From Octopus sinensis (Eukaryota): a DNA stretch of 64,000 bases. Position numbers and translations under genes: made by a program. Positions within the stretch are counted from its first letter, which is position 1. Every line of letters starts with the position of its first letter. The stretch covers positions 15,004,001 to 15,068,000 of the forward strand of contig NC_043025.1 in NCBI RefSeq assembly GCF_006345805.1, read 5' to 3'. Below, piece by piece: positions 23,982-36,968 of this stretch. The notes under the pieces were generated by a model that was not told the origin of the DNA, did not search any database, and was given only the letters and a program-made list of their open reading frames with translations.

Positions 23982-24108
23982 GGTAGATAGACAGATAGAT
24001 AGATAGATAGATAGATAGGTAGGTAGGTAGGTAGGTAGGTAGATAGGTAGATAGATAGATAGGTAGGTAGGTAGGTAGGTAGGTAGGTAGATAGATAGAC
24101 AGATAGAC

Positions 24109-24139
<31 letters not shown>

Positions 24140-24156
24140 CAGATAGATAGATAGAT

Positions 24157-24230
<74 letters not shown>
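23980..24230. repeat. (GATA)n/(GGTA)n microsatellite
   Basis: Directly visible. Confidence 0.95.
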
Positions 24231-24629
24231 CCAATAGAGATAGAATTAATAAAAATATATTCTATCCAGTGAGCGATAAACATCAATTTAAATACACAAC
24301 TGAAAGAGTTACAAATAGTTTCATGCTTTTATGGTATTTGAACAGGATTATTTATAAAACATGCCGTGTATCTTAAAGCAATCTTTCAGGCTCCATTTAT
24401 GTGTTATATATATTTTAAAAACAAGGTTGTTGGATGGTGAGAAAATAGAAAAATAAAACAAAGAAAAAAAGTGAAGAAGGTTAATGCAAAAAAATGGAGC
24501 AAAAAGATAGAAATGAAATGAAAACAGAGATCCCTGTCCTCCCTGACTTTAGAAACACATAAAATACAGCTGGTATAGAACAAAATAACAGAAAATATGT
24601 CAAAGTGTGTGAGACAGCAACTCAATCCA

Positions 24630-25020
24630 GAGTTGGTGGTGCTTTCCAATTTGATAAATGACACCTGTCCATGTGTTTACACCTGTTGAAACTTTCAGAT
24701 CTAGAATTAAGCAGTGTGTTGGAATTGCTGGATCAAAAAGGAATATGAGATCTCTCTGCTGTGCATAAGTTGCTTTTCTTAGATCCATTAACATATGACT
24801 TGGATTTTTCCATGATTCTCTTCTTAACTGTATGTGGTGTGAGCTGCTCTTCAAACTCCATACGCGGCCAACTTAGTTGCATTACTTTTGTCAACATGTC
24901 AGAAAGAAGACAGGTTGTTTGCATAACATCTCTTGACTTCATCCTCACATAACCTGATGTAATTCTACTTTTCAATTGATTTTCTTGAGGCATTGCCTCG
25001 TATATGGTGGAACTTATCAT
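24630..25020 (-). pseudogene. Penelope-like element, C-terminal GIY-YIG endonuclease region, frameshifted
   Basis: RIMEKSKSYVNGSKKSNLCTAERSHI then, in another frame, TLLNSRSESFNRCKH, resembling the PLE C-terminal CxLCxxEK...LNxRxE..xxCxH pattern. Confidence 0.7.
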
Positions 25021-25692
25021 ACATGCCTAGTGAAGTGGGCAAAATTCAGGGTCTCAACAGTTACAACTGGGAGCAGTAGGCTTTTGGTCTTATTTATGAG
25101 TTACAATGTTCTTCATTCTAGGGCAGCAGCTGTATGATATTTTAACTGAGTATTTGTTAAAAATTTTCCTGTATTTATGATTTATTGGAAAATATTTGTC
25201 TAAAAGAAACAGAAATTTCTTGTCTACGTTAGCTTTAATATTAAGGTAGAAAGGTGGGGTGAACCAAATTATTTTCTTAGGTCTATTTTAACAATTCATA
25301 TTTTTTGTCCTCCCCATCATTTGACAATGGTGTTGGTTTGTTCACATTCCTATAAGTTAGCTGTTTGACAAAAGACACTGATAGAATATGTACTAGGCTT
25401 ACAAATAAAAATAAACACTGGTGTTGATTGATTTGACTAAATATTATTCAAGGGAGTGCCCCAGCATGGCCACAATCTAATGACTGAAACAAGCAAAAGA
25501 TAAAAAGAAATATCTTCTCTTGAAACTGAAAGAAGTCCATCATATATATGATGGGCTTCTTTCAGTTTCTGTCTACCAAATTCACTCAAAAAGTCTTAGA
25601 AAGAGACACTTGCTGAAGGTGGCTCACAGTGGGACTGAACCCAGTATCACGTGGCAGGGAAGCAAACTTCTTACCAGATCCTCATGCACACT

Positions 25693-25725
<33 letters not shown>

Positions 25726-25751
25726 ACACATACAATCAGCTGTAATAAATT

Positions 25752-26135
25752 TATATATATATATTAAGCTGAAGTTGTCTGTGTATGGCAGGTTTGGTAG
25801 CCTTCAACTGACACTATCTCCTCCGAGACCCTGTGGGGCAAGTTGACCAAAATTGAGAGTATGATGGAAGAAGGCTTGCTCTTCCTTCCATAAAAGAAAA
25901 AATTCAAATCGGACCATGTTAACACCAAAAATTATTTACATCAAAAAGGTGCTTTTTTTTTCTATGAAAATCCTTATTTTTAAAGATTTTTTTGACTGCT
26001 GCGTGGCCATTTTTTGGAGTATTTCAACCAGAAAAATGTTCACTTAAAAAGAATAACAAGCTACATAATGCAAAATTCCAATTCTAAAGAGTCGAAAAGA
26101 AAACAAGCCCGAGCAACACTGGGCTATACTGCTAG
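25752..26135 (+). mobile_element. Helitron family D copy
   Basis: Homologous to 22678-23066; ends hairpin + CTAG|T. Confidence 0.8.
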
Positions 26136-27017
26136 TATTTATTTAATACTGTACACTTTGATTAGTATACCCCTTCCACTGACAGATATATGAGTGAACT
26201 TTTTCCTGACCTATGGTCATTGGCAGAGCCATGTTGATTGTTATGCTATTTTCTTTGATGAATAAAATTTCCACATTGTTGAAATATATTGTGATGAATT
26301 TCTTGTTTCAAAACATTGCTTACTTTTTACTCAGCTTGATCCATATACATACAACAGGTTTCTTTCAATTTCTGTCTACCATATCCACTCACAAAGCCTT
26401 AACCAGCTTGGGGTTATATAGAAAGCAATTGCCTAAATTAGCATGCAGTGGGATTGAACTTGTAACCATGTGGTTGGGAAGCAAGCTTCTTGCCACACAG
26501 CCATTGTTGTGATTTCAGTTACTTATATATCACAGAAACAAGGCAACTGGTCTTATGGGGCCCAGGGCTAAAGAAACATATTTTAGAAACGTTTGGGTTG
26601 TGTGAGTGGCCAGGGTGTGGCTCCGCAATTGTCCCTCTTTTGCGATTATGAAACATGGGTGCAGGTTACTGGAAGTTGTGGGTGAATGTAGGAGGGCTTG
26701 GCAATTAAAGATGGGGGTGGATGTTTGTGAAAATGGGATCAGTTGAGGCATAGAAAGTCTTTTTTCTTTTGGTGGAGCCAGTGCAAAGATTTTTAGGGGT
26801 CTGTTTGCAAGTGAAGAATTTGGCAAGGGATTGGCAAGTGTGGAGGGGCTGTGACAAAATGGAGGTTGGGTATTTTATGGGTTTTCTGCAAATTAATTTG
26901 TGTACAAGGAAGGGTAAGGGGAAGGGTGGTGGGGGTGAGGGGACGGGAGAGGGGGTGAGGAGACGGTGGGGAAGGATAATGTAGCAGAAAGGTAATTAAA
27001 AGTAGTGAGGCTAAAAG

Positions 27018-27117
27018 NNNNNNNNNNNNNNNNNNNNNNNNNNNNNNNNNNNNNNNNNNNNNNNNNNNNNNNNNNNNNNNNNNNNNNNNNNNNNNNNNNN
27101 NNNNNNNNNNNNNNNNN
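27018..27117. other. Assembly gap (100 N)
   Basis: Run of N. Confidence 1.
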
Positions 27118-27605
27118 CCCTCTGGTATTGCGAGTAGATGGCTTCCAGAGGAGAAGATTAGAATTACTACTTCTTTTTTGCAGCTCTACAACAATGTCCC
27201 GCAAAACTGGACTCTCCTACCTTTCACAAGAGATGACAACAGGTGGTAGTTTCCCATATATTTGTACTTTGGTTGGATGGGTGCTTCCACGAGAGATTCT
27301 GCGCTCTCATAAGGAGGCGAGTGTAGGTTCCATCCAACCACCTCTCAAGCTTCTTTGACACGTCCAGGTTTCTGAGCCATATAGTAGAATTGGTTCGACT
27401 GTGGCTTTGAAGATTTCAAGTTTGAAGTCTCTACTTATATTGATGACCAGATCTTATGCATGTCTTACAGGCTGGCCAGGCCATAACCTTCTAGTTAGAA
27501 AATCTTTTTCCACATGATGATATCTATGACCCAAGATATTTGTATCAGAAACTATTTTAGGGCGCATTGTTGAGAGTATGTATGATGCAATCACTGTTGG
27601 ACAGG
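27118..27605 (-). mobile_element. RTE LINE family 2 fragment
   Basis: Matches 7878-8366 with many 1-bp indels. Confidence 0.9.
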
Positions 27606-28240
27606 CCCCCACCCCTAACTCTAACCCTAAAACAGATTGAAATGCAATAGATCGATACTAGGTCATAATTATGTGTGACATTTCATATGACACCGCTAGA
27701 AAAACTGCCGTTCAAACCGAAAGATCCCAAATATATATATTGTAAAACCAATTTGATTTGCCCCATGCGACTTTTGCAGGTCCGTGTCAGTAACCTATAA
27801 AGCTGTAAGCTACATGCGACTGAATCAAGCTGTTTTTTCGATGAAAATATATGGGAATCCTACAAAATATGCTGAGCCCCTCCTTTGTTTCCCCCTCGCT
27901 TATACTATACACACATATATACACACAAACAACACCGCATATACACATAGACATACAAGCATCAAAATGATTGCTGTGAACATCCTGCATATATAAATAA
28001 TGTGTGTATATGTGAATACCCATATATACCATGACTGCGTATGTGTGAATGTATACATGAGTAATTGAGGAGAAAGGTACATATGTATCCTTATACATAC
28101 ATTGCATGTGTGCATATGTTGTATATATGTTGGCCTGCATATAGATATGCATCTTTGAGCAATGAGTATATATCATAACAGTAAATAATCTGCATAATTA
28201 GGTGTGTATAATGTTTTTAGTAACATAACCATGTCCATGC

Positions 28241-28293
<53 letters not shown>

Positions 28294-28818
28294 ATATATA
28301 TATTATATATATATATATATATATTTATACACATACACATATGTATATATATATATATATCTCTAAGTGTATATATATATATATATATATATATAAATAT
28401 CTATCGATGTGTATATAGGTATTTATAACGTATGCATCTATGTGGATATATGTATATATATATGTGTTTACACATTTATGTGTATATCAGTGAGTGTGTG
28501 TGTGTATATAGATACAAATAGATATATATATATATATGTATGTGTGTATATATATATATTTACACACATACATGATATATATATATATACATATATATAA
28601 TATATATATATACATACATATATATATATATATATATATTAATATATAAAATAATAGTTATCGCCATACTAATATGGCATTCTTATAAAAATAAGAAAAA
28701 AGCTGTCCGCTTATTAGCTCCATGAGGCCATCGCCTTAAGTTAGCTATTTGATACACAAACTGTATCCATATAACCTTCGAACAAGGGAGGTCAGTCGCT
28801 CACAACTACTGACCGGCT

Positions 28819-28860
28819 GCTACAGACGCGTTTCGGGTATTGCCCCCTTTTCAATGCAGC
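28819..28860 (-). ncRNA. Minimal type I HHR, U3-A8 core variant
   Basis: Inverted copy of 29217-29257. Confidence 0.6.
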
Positions 28861-29216
28861 GTAGCCAGCCAGTAGGTGTCGCTTCCGACAATCTCTGTTC
28901 GATGATTTTATTTACCTATTTTCGGTGGAATACATCCACTTGTTTTCAATAATAGAAATATTAAAATAACTAAGTCTCTCTAAAAGAGAACATGGAGCTA
29001 ATAAGCGGACAGCTTTTTTCTTATTTTTATAAGAATGCCATTTAGTATGGCGATAACTATTATTTTCCGGGAACGCTGCCGCTGTTCTCTTTTAGAGAGA
29101 CTTAGTTATTTTAATATTTCTATTATTGAAAACAAGTGGATGTATTCCACCGAAACTAGGTAAATAAAATCATCGAACAGAGATTGTCGGAAGCGACACC
29201 TACTACCTGCTGCTAC

Positions 29217-29257
29217 GCTGCATTGAAAAGGGCAATACCCCGAAACGCGTCTGTAGC
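29217..29257 (+). ncRNA. Minimal type I HHR, U3-A8 core variant
   Basis: GCTGCA-TTGAAAA-GGGcaatacCCC-GAAA-CGCG-TC-TGTAGC. Confidence 0.65.
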
Positions 29258-29552
29258 AGCCGGTCAAGTAGTGTGGAGCGCTGACCTCCCTTTTCGAAGG
29301 TTATATGGATACAGTTGTGTATCAATAGCTATTAAGGCGATGGCCTCATGGAGCTAATAAGCGGACAGCTTTTTTCTTATTTTTATAAGATGCCATATTA
29401 GTATGGCGATACTATTATTTTCCGGAACGCTGCCGCTGTTCTCTTTTAGAGAGACTTAGTTATTTTAATATTTCTATTATATATATATATAAATATATAT
29501 ATATATAATATATATATGTATATATTATATTATATATATGACATATGTATGT

Positions 29553-29586
<34 letters not shown>

Positions 29587-29636
29587 ATATATATATAATA
29601 TATATAGTATATATATATATATATAATACATATGTA

Positions 29637-29704
<68 letters not shown>

Positions 29705-30219
29705 TATATACACACGCACATATATGATATAATATATATATGCGTTTTGTGTTTGTATATGTGTGTGCGTGTGTATGTATATATATGTATATATATATAC
29801 ACATATATATATATATATACAGACACACACACACACACATGCGTCCACACACACAAACAGGAGAGAGACTTGACTATAATCAGCGCCGGAAACAACGTTT
29901 ATAGGCGGAAGCAAACTTCATGTTACGGCAATGAGGGAAGTAGTGGGGGATGGGCATGGTGGGAGCAGGCCTACCAAATTACTGAGTAAATAATAGCAGA
30001 TGGGAGAGAGGAAAGGGGTGGTGTTAAAATGATGAGTTTTCTTTTTTTTTTGGTATATAGGAAAGTATGTGTACATACATATACACACACACATGTGAGT
30101 ATGTGCTCATATGTGTGTGTGTGTGTGTGTATAAATGATTGTACACCTATGTATGGGTGGCTGTGTGTGTATATTTGCATATACATATATATACAAATAT
30201 ATATATATGCATATGTACA

Positions 30220-30250
<31 letters not shown>

Positions 30251-30432
30251 GATAGATGTAGATATATATATATACTCACACACACACACACATATATATA
30301 TTATGCATATATATATATATATACATATATATATATGTATATATAATATAATAATATAATATATCTTATATATATTATATAATATATATATATATATATA
30401 TGTAATATATATATGTATATTATATATATATA

Positions 30433-30473
<41 letters not shown>

Positions 30474-30539
30474 GTATATATATATTATGTATATATATAT
30501 GTATGTGTGTGTATATATATATATGTATATATATGTATA

Positions 30540-30582
<43 letters not shown>

Positions 30583-30616
30583 TATATATACATATATTAT
30601 ATATATATATATATAC

Positions 30617-30649
<33 letters not shown>

Positions 30650-31018
30650 CTATATATATATTGTGTATATATATATAGATAGATAGATAGATAGATGTAG
30701 ATATATATACATACATATATATATATATATATTCATAATACTTATTTTAGAATGTGAGAACATGCATACATATGCATAATAATATGTACATACTTTCATA
30801 CACATACATACATGTATACAAACATACACATATACACAAATACGCGTGGAGACATACATTCATACTTACACACATACATACATGCCTACATACACAAGCG
30901 TAAATATATAATCCGGTTGTGTACTTTTTGGCATTATTCTTCAGAATAGGAGTCAGCAACTTTAATTAGGATTCAGATACCATCAATGATAATACATCTA
31001 TGGATGTGTGGGTGCATA

Positions 31019-31091
<73 letters not shown>

Positions 31092-31323
31092 ATGTATGTG
31101 TATTTTTTTCTTTTATTCTTTTATTCGTTTCAGCCATTTGACTGCGGCCATGCTGGAGCACTGTCTTTAGTTGAACAAATGACCACCAGGATTTATTCAT
31201 TATAAGCCTCGTACTTATTCTATCGGTGTCTTTTGCCAACCGCTAAGTTACAGGGACGCAAACTCACCAACATCGGTTGTCAAGTGAAGGTGGGAGGACA
31301 AACACAGACACACAAACATATAC

Positions 31324-31368
<45 letters not shown>

Positions 31369-31537
31369 ACCACACACACACACACACATATATAGATATA
31401 TATATAATATATATTATATATACTATATATATATATATATATATATAAATATTATTAGAGACAAACCACTATTTTGCAAAACAAACAAGGAAAGACTTAA
31501 TCAATACATAAAATTTAAATAATAGTCAAAAAAACCC

Positions 31538-31580
31538 CCACTACAATCGTTTCTTGTCTTGATCGACAATCTTCAGGTGG
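31538..31580 (-). ncRNA. Minimal type I hammerhead ribozyme
   Basis: Minus: CCAC-CTGAAGA-TTGTCgatcaaGACAA-GAAA-CGATTG-TA-GTGG. Confidence 0.75.
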
Positions 31581-32293
31581 ACTTCCAATCTAAAAAATCA
31601 AAATTTAAAAAAATAAAAAATAATAATTTTAAATAATTAAAGTATAAATGAAAAAATATAATAGTATATAATCCAATATAACCTATATATAATCCATATC
31701 GAAATATAGACAAATTACCACGAATTCCCCTAAAAAAAACCATGATAAAACAAACTCATAAAAACATATAACGATAAAACTCCCTTTGCTAAACTCTATA
31801 ACAAACCTATAAAGTAATCCCCCTAACCTAAACATTCACACACAAATACACACACGTAAACCACAGACTCACGACTTATTGTTGAATGTGTATATGGGTT
31901 TGTTATTTAGGTTTGGGATGTATGTGTTAATTTGTCTGTGTGGGGAGGGAGGGGTTTTGGTGTTTTTGAGGTTTATAAGTTAGTATAGGTATGTGTATAA
32001 TCGTGAGTCTGTGTTTACGTGTGTGTATTTGTGTGTGAATGTTAGGTTAGGGGGATTACTTTATAGGTTTGTTATAGAGTTTTAGCAAAGGGAGATTTTA
32101 TCGTTATATGTTTTTATGAGTTTTGTTTTATCATGGTTTTTTTTAGGGAATTCGTGGTAATTTGTCTATTTTTCGATATGGTTATATATAATGTTATATT
32201 TGGATTATATACTTATATTTTTTCATTTATACTTTAATTATTTAAAATTATTATTTTTTTATTTTTAAAATTTTGATTTTTTAGATTGGAAGT

Positions 32294-32335
32294 CCACCTG
32301 AAGATTGTCGATCAGACAAGAAACGATTGTAGTGG
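32294..32335 (+). ncRNA. Minimal type I hammerhead ribozyme
   Basis: CCAC-CTGAAGA-TTGTCgatcaGACAA-GAAA-CGATTG-TA-GTGG; canonical core, all stems pair. Confidence 0.75.
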
Positions 32336-32511
32336 CGGTTTTTTGACTATTTATTAAAATTTTATGTATTGATTAAGTCTTTCCTTGTTTGTTTGCAAAT
32401 AGTGGTTTTGTCTCTAATAATATTTTATATAATATTTACTAATAAAATTGGATTTAATCCTAAATCTGATTTTTTTTTCCCTGTAAATTGGATTTATTCC
32501 CTAATATTTAT

Positions 32512-32549
<38 letters not shown>

Positions 32550-32767
32550 TGCACACACAACACACACCATATATATAAATACATACATATATACTATACT
32601 GGCCTTCTTTCAGTTTCCGTCTACCAAATCCACTCACAAAGCTTTGGTTGGCCCGAGGCTATAGCAGAAGACAATGCCTAAAGTGCCACGCAGTGTGACT
32701 GAACCGGTAACCATGTGATTGGTAGCAAACTCGTACAACTAGTCCATGCCTGCACCTATATAAAATA

Positions 32768-32807
<40 letters not shown>

Positions 32808-32847
32808 ATATATATATAGATATATATATAATATATATATATATATA

Positions 32848-33414
32848 TTCAAAGTACCCTGGATCCCAGAACGTCCCGCTGTGCTTGAAGAGATCTGTTG
32901 AGTCAAGTACATGAACATGAACATCGAAATAAATATCAATGGAAATAGTAGTTGTGATACCTGTGCCGGTGGTACATAAAAAGCACCATCTGAACGTGGC
33001 CAATGCCAGCCCTGCCCCGAATGGCTTTTGTGGCGAAGGCACATAAAAAGCACCATCCGAACGTGGCCGATGCCAGCACCGCCCTGACTGGTTTTTGTGC
33101 CGGTGGCACATAAAAAGCACCATCCGAACGTGGCCGTTGCCAGCTCCGCCTTGACTGGCTTCCGTGTCGGTGGCACGTTAAAAATCCAACCGATCGTGGC
33201 CGATGCCGGACCCTCCTGGCACCTGTGCAGGTGGCACGTAAAAGCACCCACTACACTCGCGGAGTGGTTGGCGTTAGGAAGGGCATCCAGCTGTAGAAAC
33301 TCTGCCAGATCAGACTGGAGCCTGGTGCAGCCCCTGGCTTCCCAGACCCCGGTCGAACCGTCCAACCCATGCTAGCGCGGAAAACGGACGTTAAACGATG
33401 ATGATGATGATGAT
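32848..33414 (+). mobile_element. RTE family 1 3' UTR fragment with ~65-bp subrepeats
   Basis: Matches 12350-12760; aaaagcaccatccgaacgtggcc repeated; (GAT)n tail. Confidence 0.85.
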
Positions 33415-33469
33415 ATATATATATATATATACATACACACACATGTATATATATATATATATGTGTGTA

Positions 33470-33690
33470 TGGCAGAAACGTTAGCACGTTGGGCGAAATG
33501 CTTAGCGGTATTTCGTCTGCCGCTACGTTCTGAGTTCGAATTCCGCCGAGGTCGACTTTGCCTTTCATCCTTTCGGGGTCGATAAATTAAGTACCAGTTA
33601 CGCACTTGGGGATCGATGTAATTGACTTAATCCGTTTGTCTGTCCTTGTTTGTCCCCTCTGTGTTTAGCCCCCAGTGGTAGTAAAGAATA
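33470..33690 (+). mobile_element. SINE family 2
   Basis: gagttcgaattccgccgaggtcgactttgcctttcatcctttcggggtcgat; copies at 37350, 46920, 62673, 63780. Confidence 0.8.
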
Positions 33691-33722
33691 TATATATATA
33701 TATATAATACATGTACATTATG

Positions 33723-33768
<46 letters not shown>

Positions 33769-33790
33769 AACATATATATAGTATATATAA

Positions 33791-33827
<37 letters not shown>

Positions 33828-34548
33828 CAATATATATTATATATATATATTATATATATATATATATAGTGTTTTGGAAATTCCTTGATAGTAGATAGGT
33901 AGATGGATGGATGATAGACAGATAGATAGATAGATATTGATACTAATGTGGTGGGGGTGGCAACATATTTAATGAAGTGGGTTAGTTAATCGAAATTAGG
34001 TGCTAAGAGATCAAACAGTTGTTACGCAAATGCTTAGTTAAAACAGGTAAGGTAGATAACTCTGGAATTTAATTTAATTAAAATTACGACGTGTGTGCGT
34101 GTCTTCTATGTGTTGTGTGTTTGTGTATGAGTACATATACATTTACAGCCTTAAGACATTGGGAGTGAAGGACTCCTAGCCCTTGTTAGGGCATCCTTCT
34201 AGGAGAAGGTAACTCATGTAACTGGGATAACTCCGACATAAAACCTGCGTCTCAGTGGTTACCAATGATGTTGACTTGTTCTTCTTTTCGGATTATGGCT
34301 GCTGTTGCTTAGTGAGTGGGATTGACTCAGTGCACAGCCTTTCCCCACTTTAAAAAAAATCTTCTTGCACAGGCATTGTACGATAACAACATTGATTAAG
34401 CTTCGTGCAATGGCCATCCTCGATAATGAGGAGACAGCCACCACATATACATTTGTATGTATGTGGGTTGTATATCTGTATTTATTAATATATACGTGCA
34501 TGTTTTTATCTACATATGCATTTATGTATACATACATACATACATATG

Positions 34549-34847
34549 TCTTTATATATAAAATTGAAGTTGTGTGAGGGTCTGTCTCCTCCGATTTAGA
34601 TTCCTAACTACTCCCATATTTTGCGGTGCAGTTTAACCAAAACCGGGTATCTTATAGTCGTGATTCATATTGAGCCCTTCTGGGTATTAGCGCGCGTCTA
34701 CGATGAGTCTACGATTTTAAAAATAATTTACCATCATTTTTCTGCACTTTTAATGATTTTTGCTCAGGTTATATAAAGGAAGTAACTCTCTAAAAATGCA
34801 TATATAGTTATTTCCCTTACAAACCCGAGCAACGCCGATACTGCTAG
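34549..34847 (+). mobile_element. Helitron family B
   Basis: TCTTTATATATAAAA ... CTAG|T. Confidence 0.85.
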
Positions 34848-35141
34848 TATATATATATTTTTAAAATCTTAGGGAATAATACCAGAGGGAGCAGCCATTT
34901 ACACGGGAGTCGATAAGTATTCTTCCTTTGTTAGTTTTTTTACTCATTTTATTCACCAAATTTATAACGTATTCAGTGGTTTTTACTAAATAATCTTTTT
35001 AAATGCTATTAACTTACCTTTGACATAAAAAAATAGTAATTTATACCTGTATTGATAGGGGTAAATCTTACAGTAAATTATTAATTCCTGTAATGTTTAT
35101 ATAGATAGGTTGTAGTATTTGATTTCCTTGGGTTTAGCATT

Positions 35142-35188
<47 letters not shown>

Positions 35189-35371
35189 TAAAGTAATTTT
35201 AGGTGCTTAATTAAAAAAAAATTTTTGATTTAAAAAATTTACTTAATATATTTGTAATTTATATATTTTTATTATATTTTTATTCATATTCTTATTTTTC
35301 TATTCAGTATGACTCATGATATGTATTTTAAACTTTGATCTGTTAATAATAATAACAATAAGATAAATAGA

Positions 35372-35445
35372 TTGAGGATGCACTGGTGGATTTATGTATT
35401 AGGTAGAGCCTTGATAAACACCTCACTAGTGCAGAAATACGTATA
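35372..35445 (+). ncRNA. Degenerate HHR-like motif
   Basis: TTGAGGA, 10-bp stem II TGCACTGGTG/CACTAGTGCA, GAAA-TACGTA-TA; stem I not evident. Confidence 0.4.
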
Positions 35446-35719
35446 GCATTGATTAGAAATATCTTCTTTCCCCACAGTCTAATAACAGGTAAGTTGTATT
35501 TTTTCAAATATGTTTTCAAATAATTTAATTGTATTTTATAGTAGGTAATTTTACTGCTTATATTATTTTATTGGATATAACTTTCTATGTGTATTCCATA
35601 CAATAAGGTTATCCTGAAACAGGAGTTGCGGTTCTATTAGTAAAATCCCAAATTTGTAATTATATATATATGCATATATATATATATATATTTATGTAGA
35701 ACAAATAGTAAGAGATTAT

Positions 35720-36968
35720 CTGGTCCCTAAATTGGGTCAACCTTTGGCAAATTCTCCTCCTCCCATTCATTCTCCACATTCAGCAGTATTTCATAATGGC
35801 TTCTCCAAGCCTCTTTCTTTGCAGAATCATTAAAGGCAAGGGCACCATCATCCATGCAGACACATTTCTCTCCTATGATATCACGGTTTTCTCGCACACA
35901 CTGTCTTGCAATCCAAAACACTTCAGTTCTTTGATCCTCATGATGCTGAACATTGGCAAACTTCTTCTTTCCTGCTACTCCCTTGGCTGTCCCCTAGCTT
36001 CCATTTTGGCTATCTGATACATTCTCCTGCTACCCTAACCTTAACCCTAACCCTTCCAAACCTGTTTCTTTGCTCTAATGGTCCTGTCTACAGTATTGTT
36101 CCACCACCATGTTACCTTAGGGTTGGAAGGGACTTTGCACCAGCCACAAATTTGGTCTGTTGCACTCAGCAAGCTGTCTCACAGGAATTCCCAGCTGCCT
36201 TCTATGTTACAGGACTGTAGTTCCTCCTCCCTATCACCAAATTTCTCGGTAAGGATATTCCTAAACGTCTGACCATGTGAAGGGTTCTTAAGCTTCCAAG
36301 TGCTTCTTTTCCAGATTGGTCTACTTTTTGGCATCCTTCTGGTCTCGAGTTTAAGTCACTAATAACTAGTCTATGTTGGGGGTGAGGCGGGACATTCTTC
36401 ACCAAGGTGGGTCTTTGTATTTAACAGCAACCATGCATCCCGCTGTCTGGTGAGAATGAAATCAATCTGGCCAGCAGAATCACCTGATTGATTGGTTATC
36501 AGGTGGCTAGCTGGCTTCTTGAAGTTGGTGTTGCAGATCAATAGGTTATTTGTATTGTAGAACTCCAGGAGCCTAGTTCCCTCTTCATTTCTGGTACCAA
36601 CTCCATGGCCTCCATGTACACCATGGAAGATACCAAGCTGCTGTCCGACATGTCCATTAAAATCTCCAGCCACAAATGTGAGATCATTGAGGTAGCATGC
36701 AGAAGAATGTCATAAAAGTGATCCTTCTATTCATTTGGTAGGACTGCTTGTAGCTATACCATTCTGCAAAACTAGCCTGAGTTCCACCTATTTCTCTGCA
36801 AGGAGTATGCCCACACCCCTATTCCATCACTATTACCATCCCAGAAGAGTTTATATCTATGTGCTTTGCCTGTGAGGACTCTGACTGAAGCTCCTCTCCT
36901 TCTTACCTCTTGTATGCAACATATATAAACATGTCTCCGTTCAAACATCTCTACAATCTCAATAGACC
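35720..36968 (-). mobile_element. RTE LINE family 1 fragment including APE endonuclease
   Basis: ICCIQEVR, AGDFNGHVG, ICNTNF, QIDFILT; downstream matches 10630-11140. Confidence 0.9.

Larger units (their letters stand above)
28651..29480. mobile_element. Retrozyme-like element: 356-nt HHR unit, ~1.4 tandem copies (+) preceded by an inverted copy
   Basis: catggagctaataagcgg at 28991 and 29347; 28651-28992 is the reverse complement of one unit; flanked by (TA)n. Confidence 0.75.
31448..32515. repeat. ~430-bp-arm inverted repeat with one HHR per arm
   Basis: 31448-31875 is the reverse complement of ~32000-32425; related AT-rich ends at 6865-7020. Confidence 0.9.
31110..32758 (-). mobile_element. 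SINE family 1 split by a ~1.1-kb insertion in its internal microsatellite
   Basis: Head at 32600-32758, tail at 31110-31320, same orientation. Confidence 0.65.

Noticed and set aside
32960-33250. CRISPR-like repeat/spacer pattern
   Set aside because: The spacers are homologous to each other; these are LINE 3' UTR subrepeats in eukaryotic DNA with no cas genes
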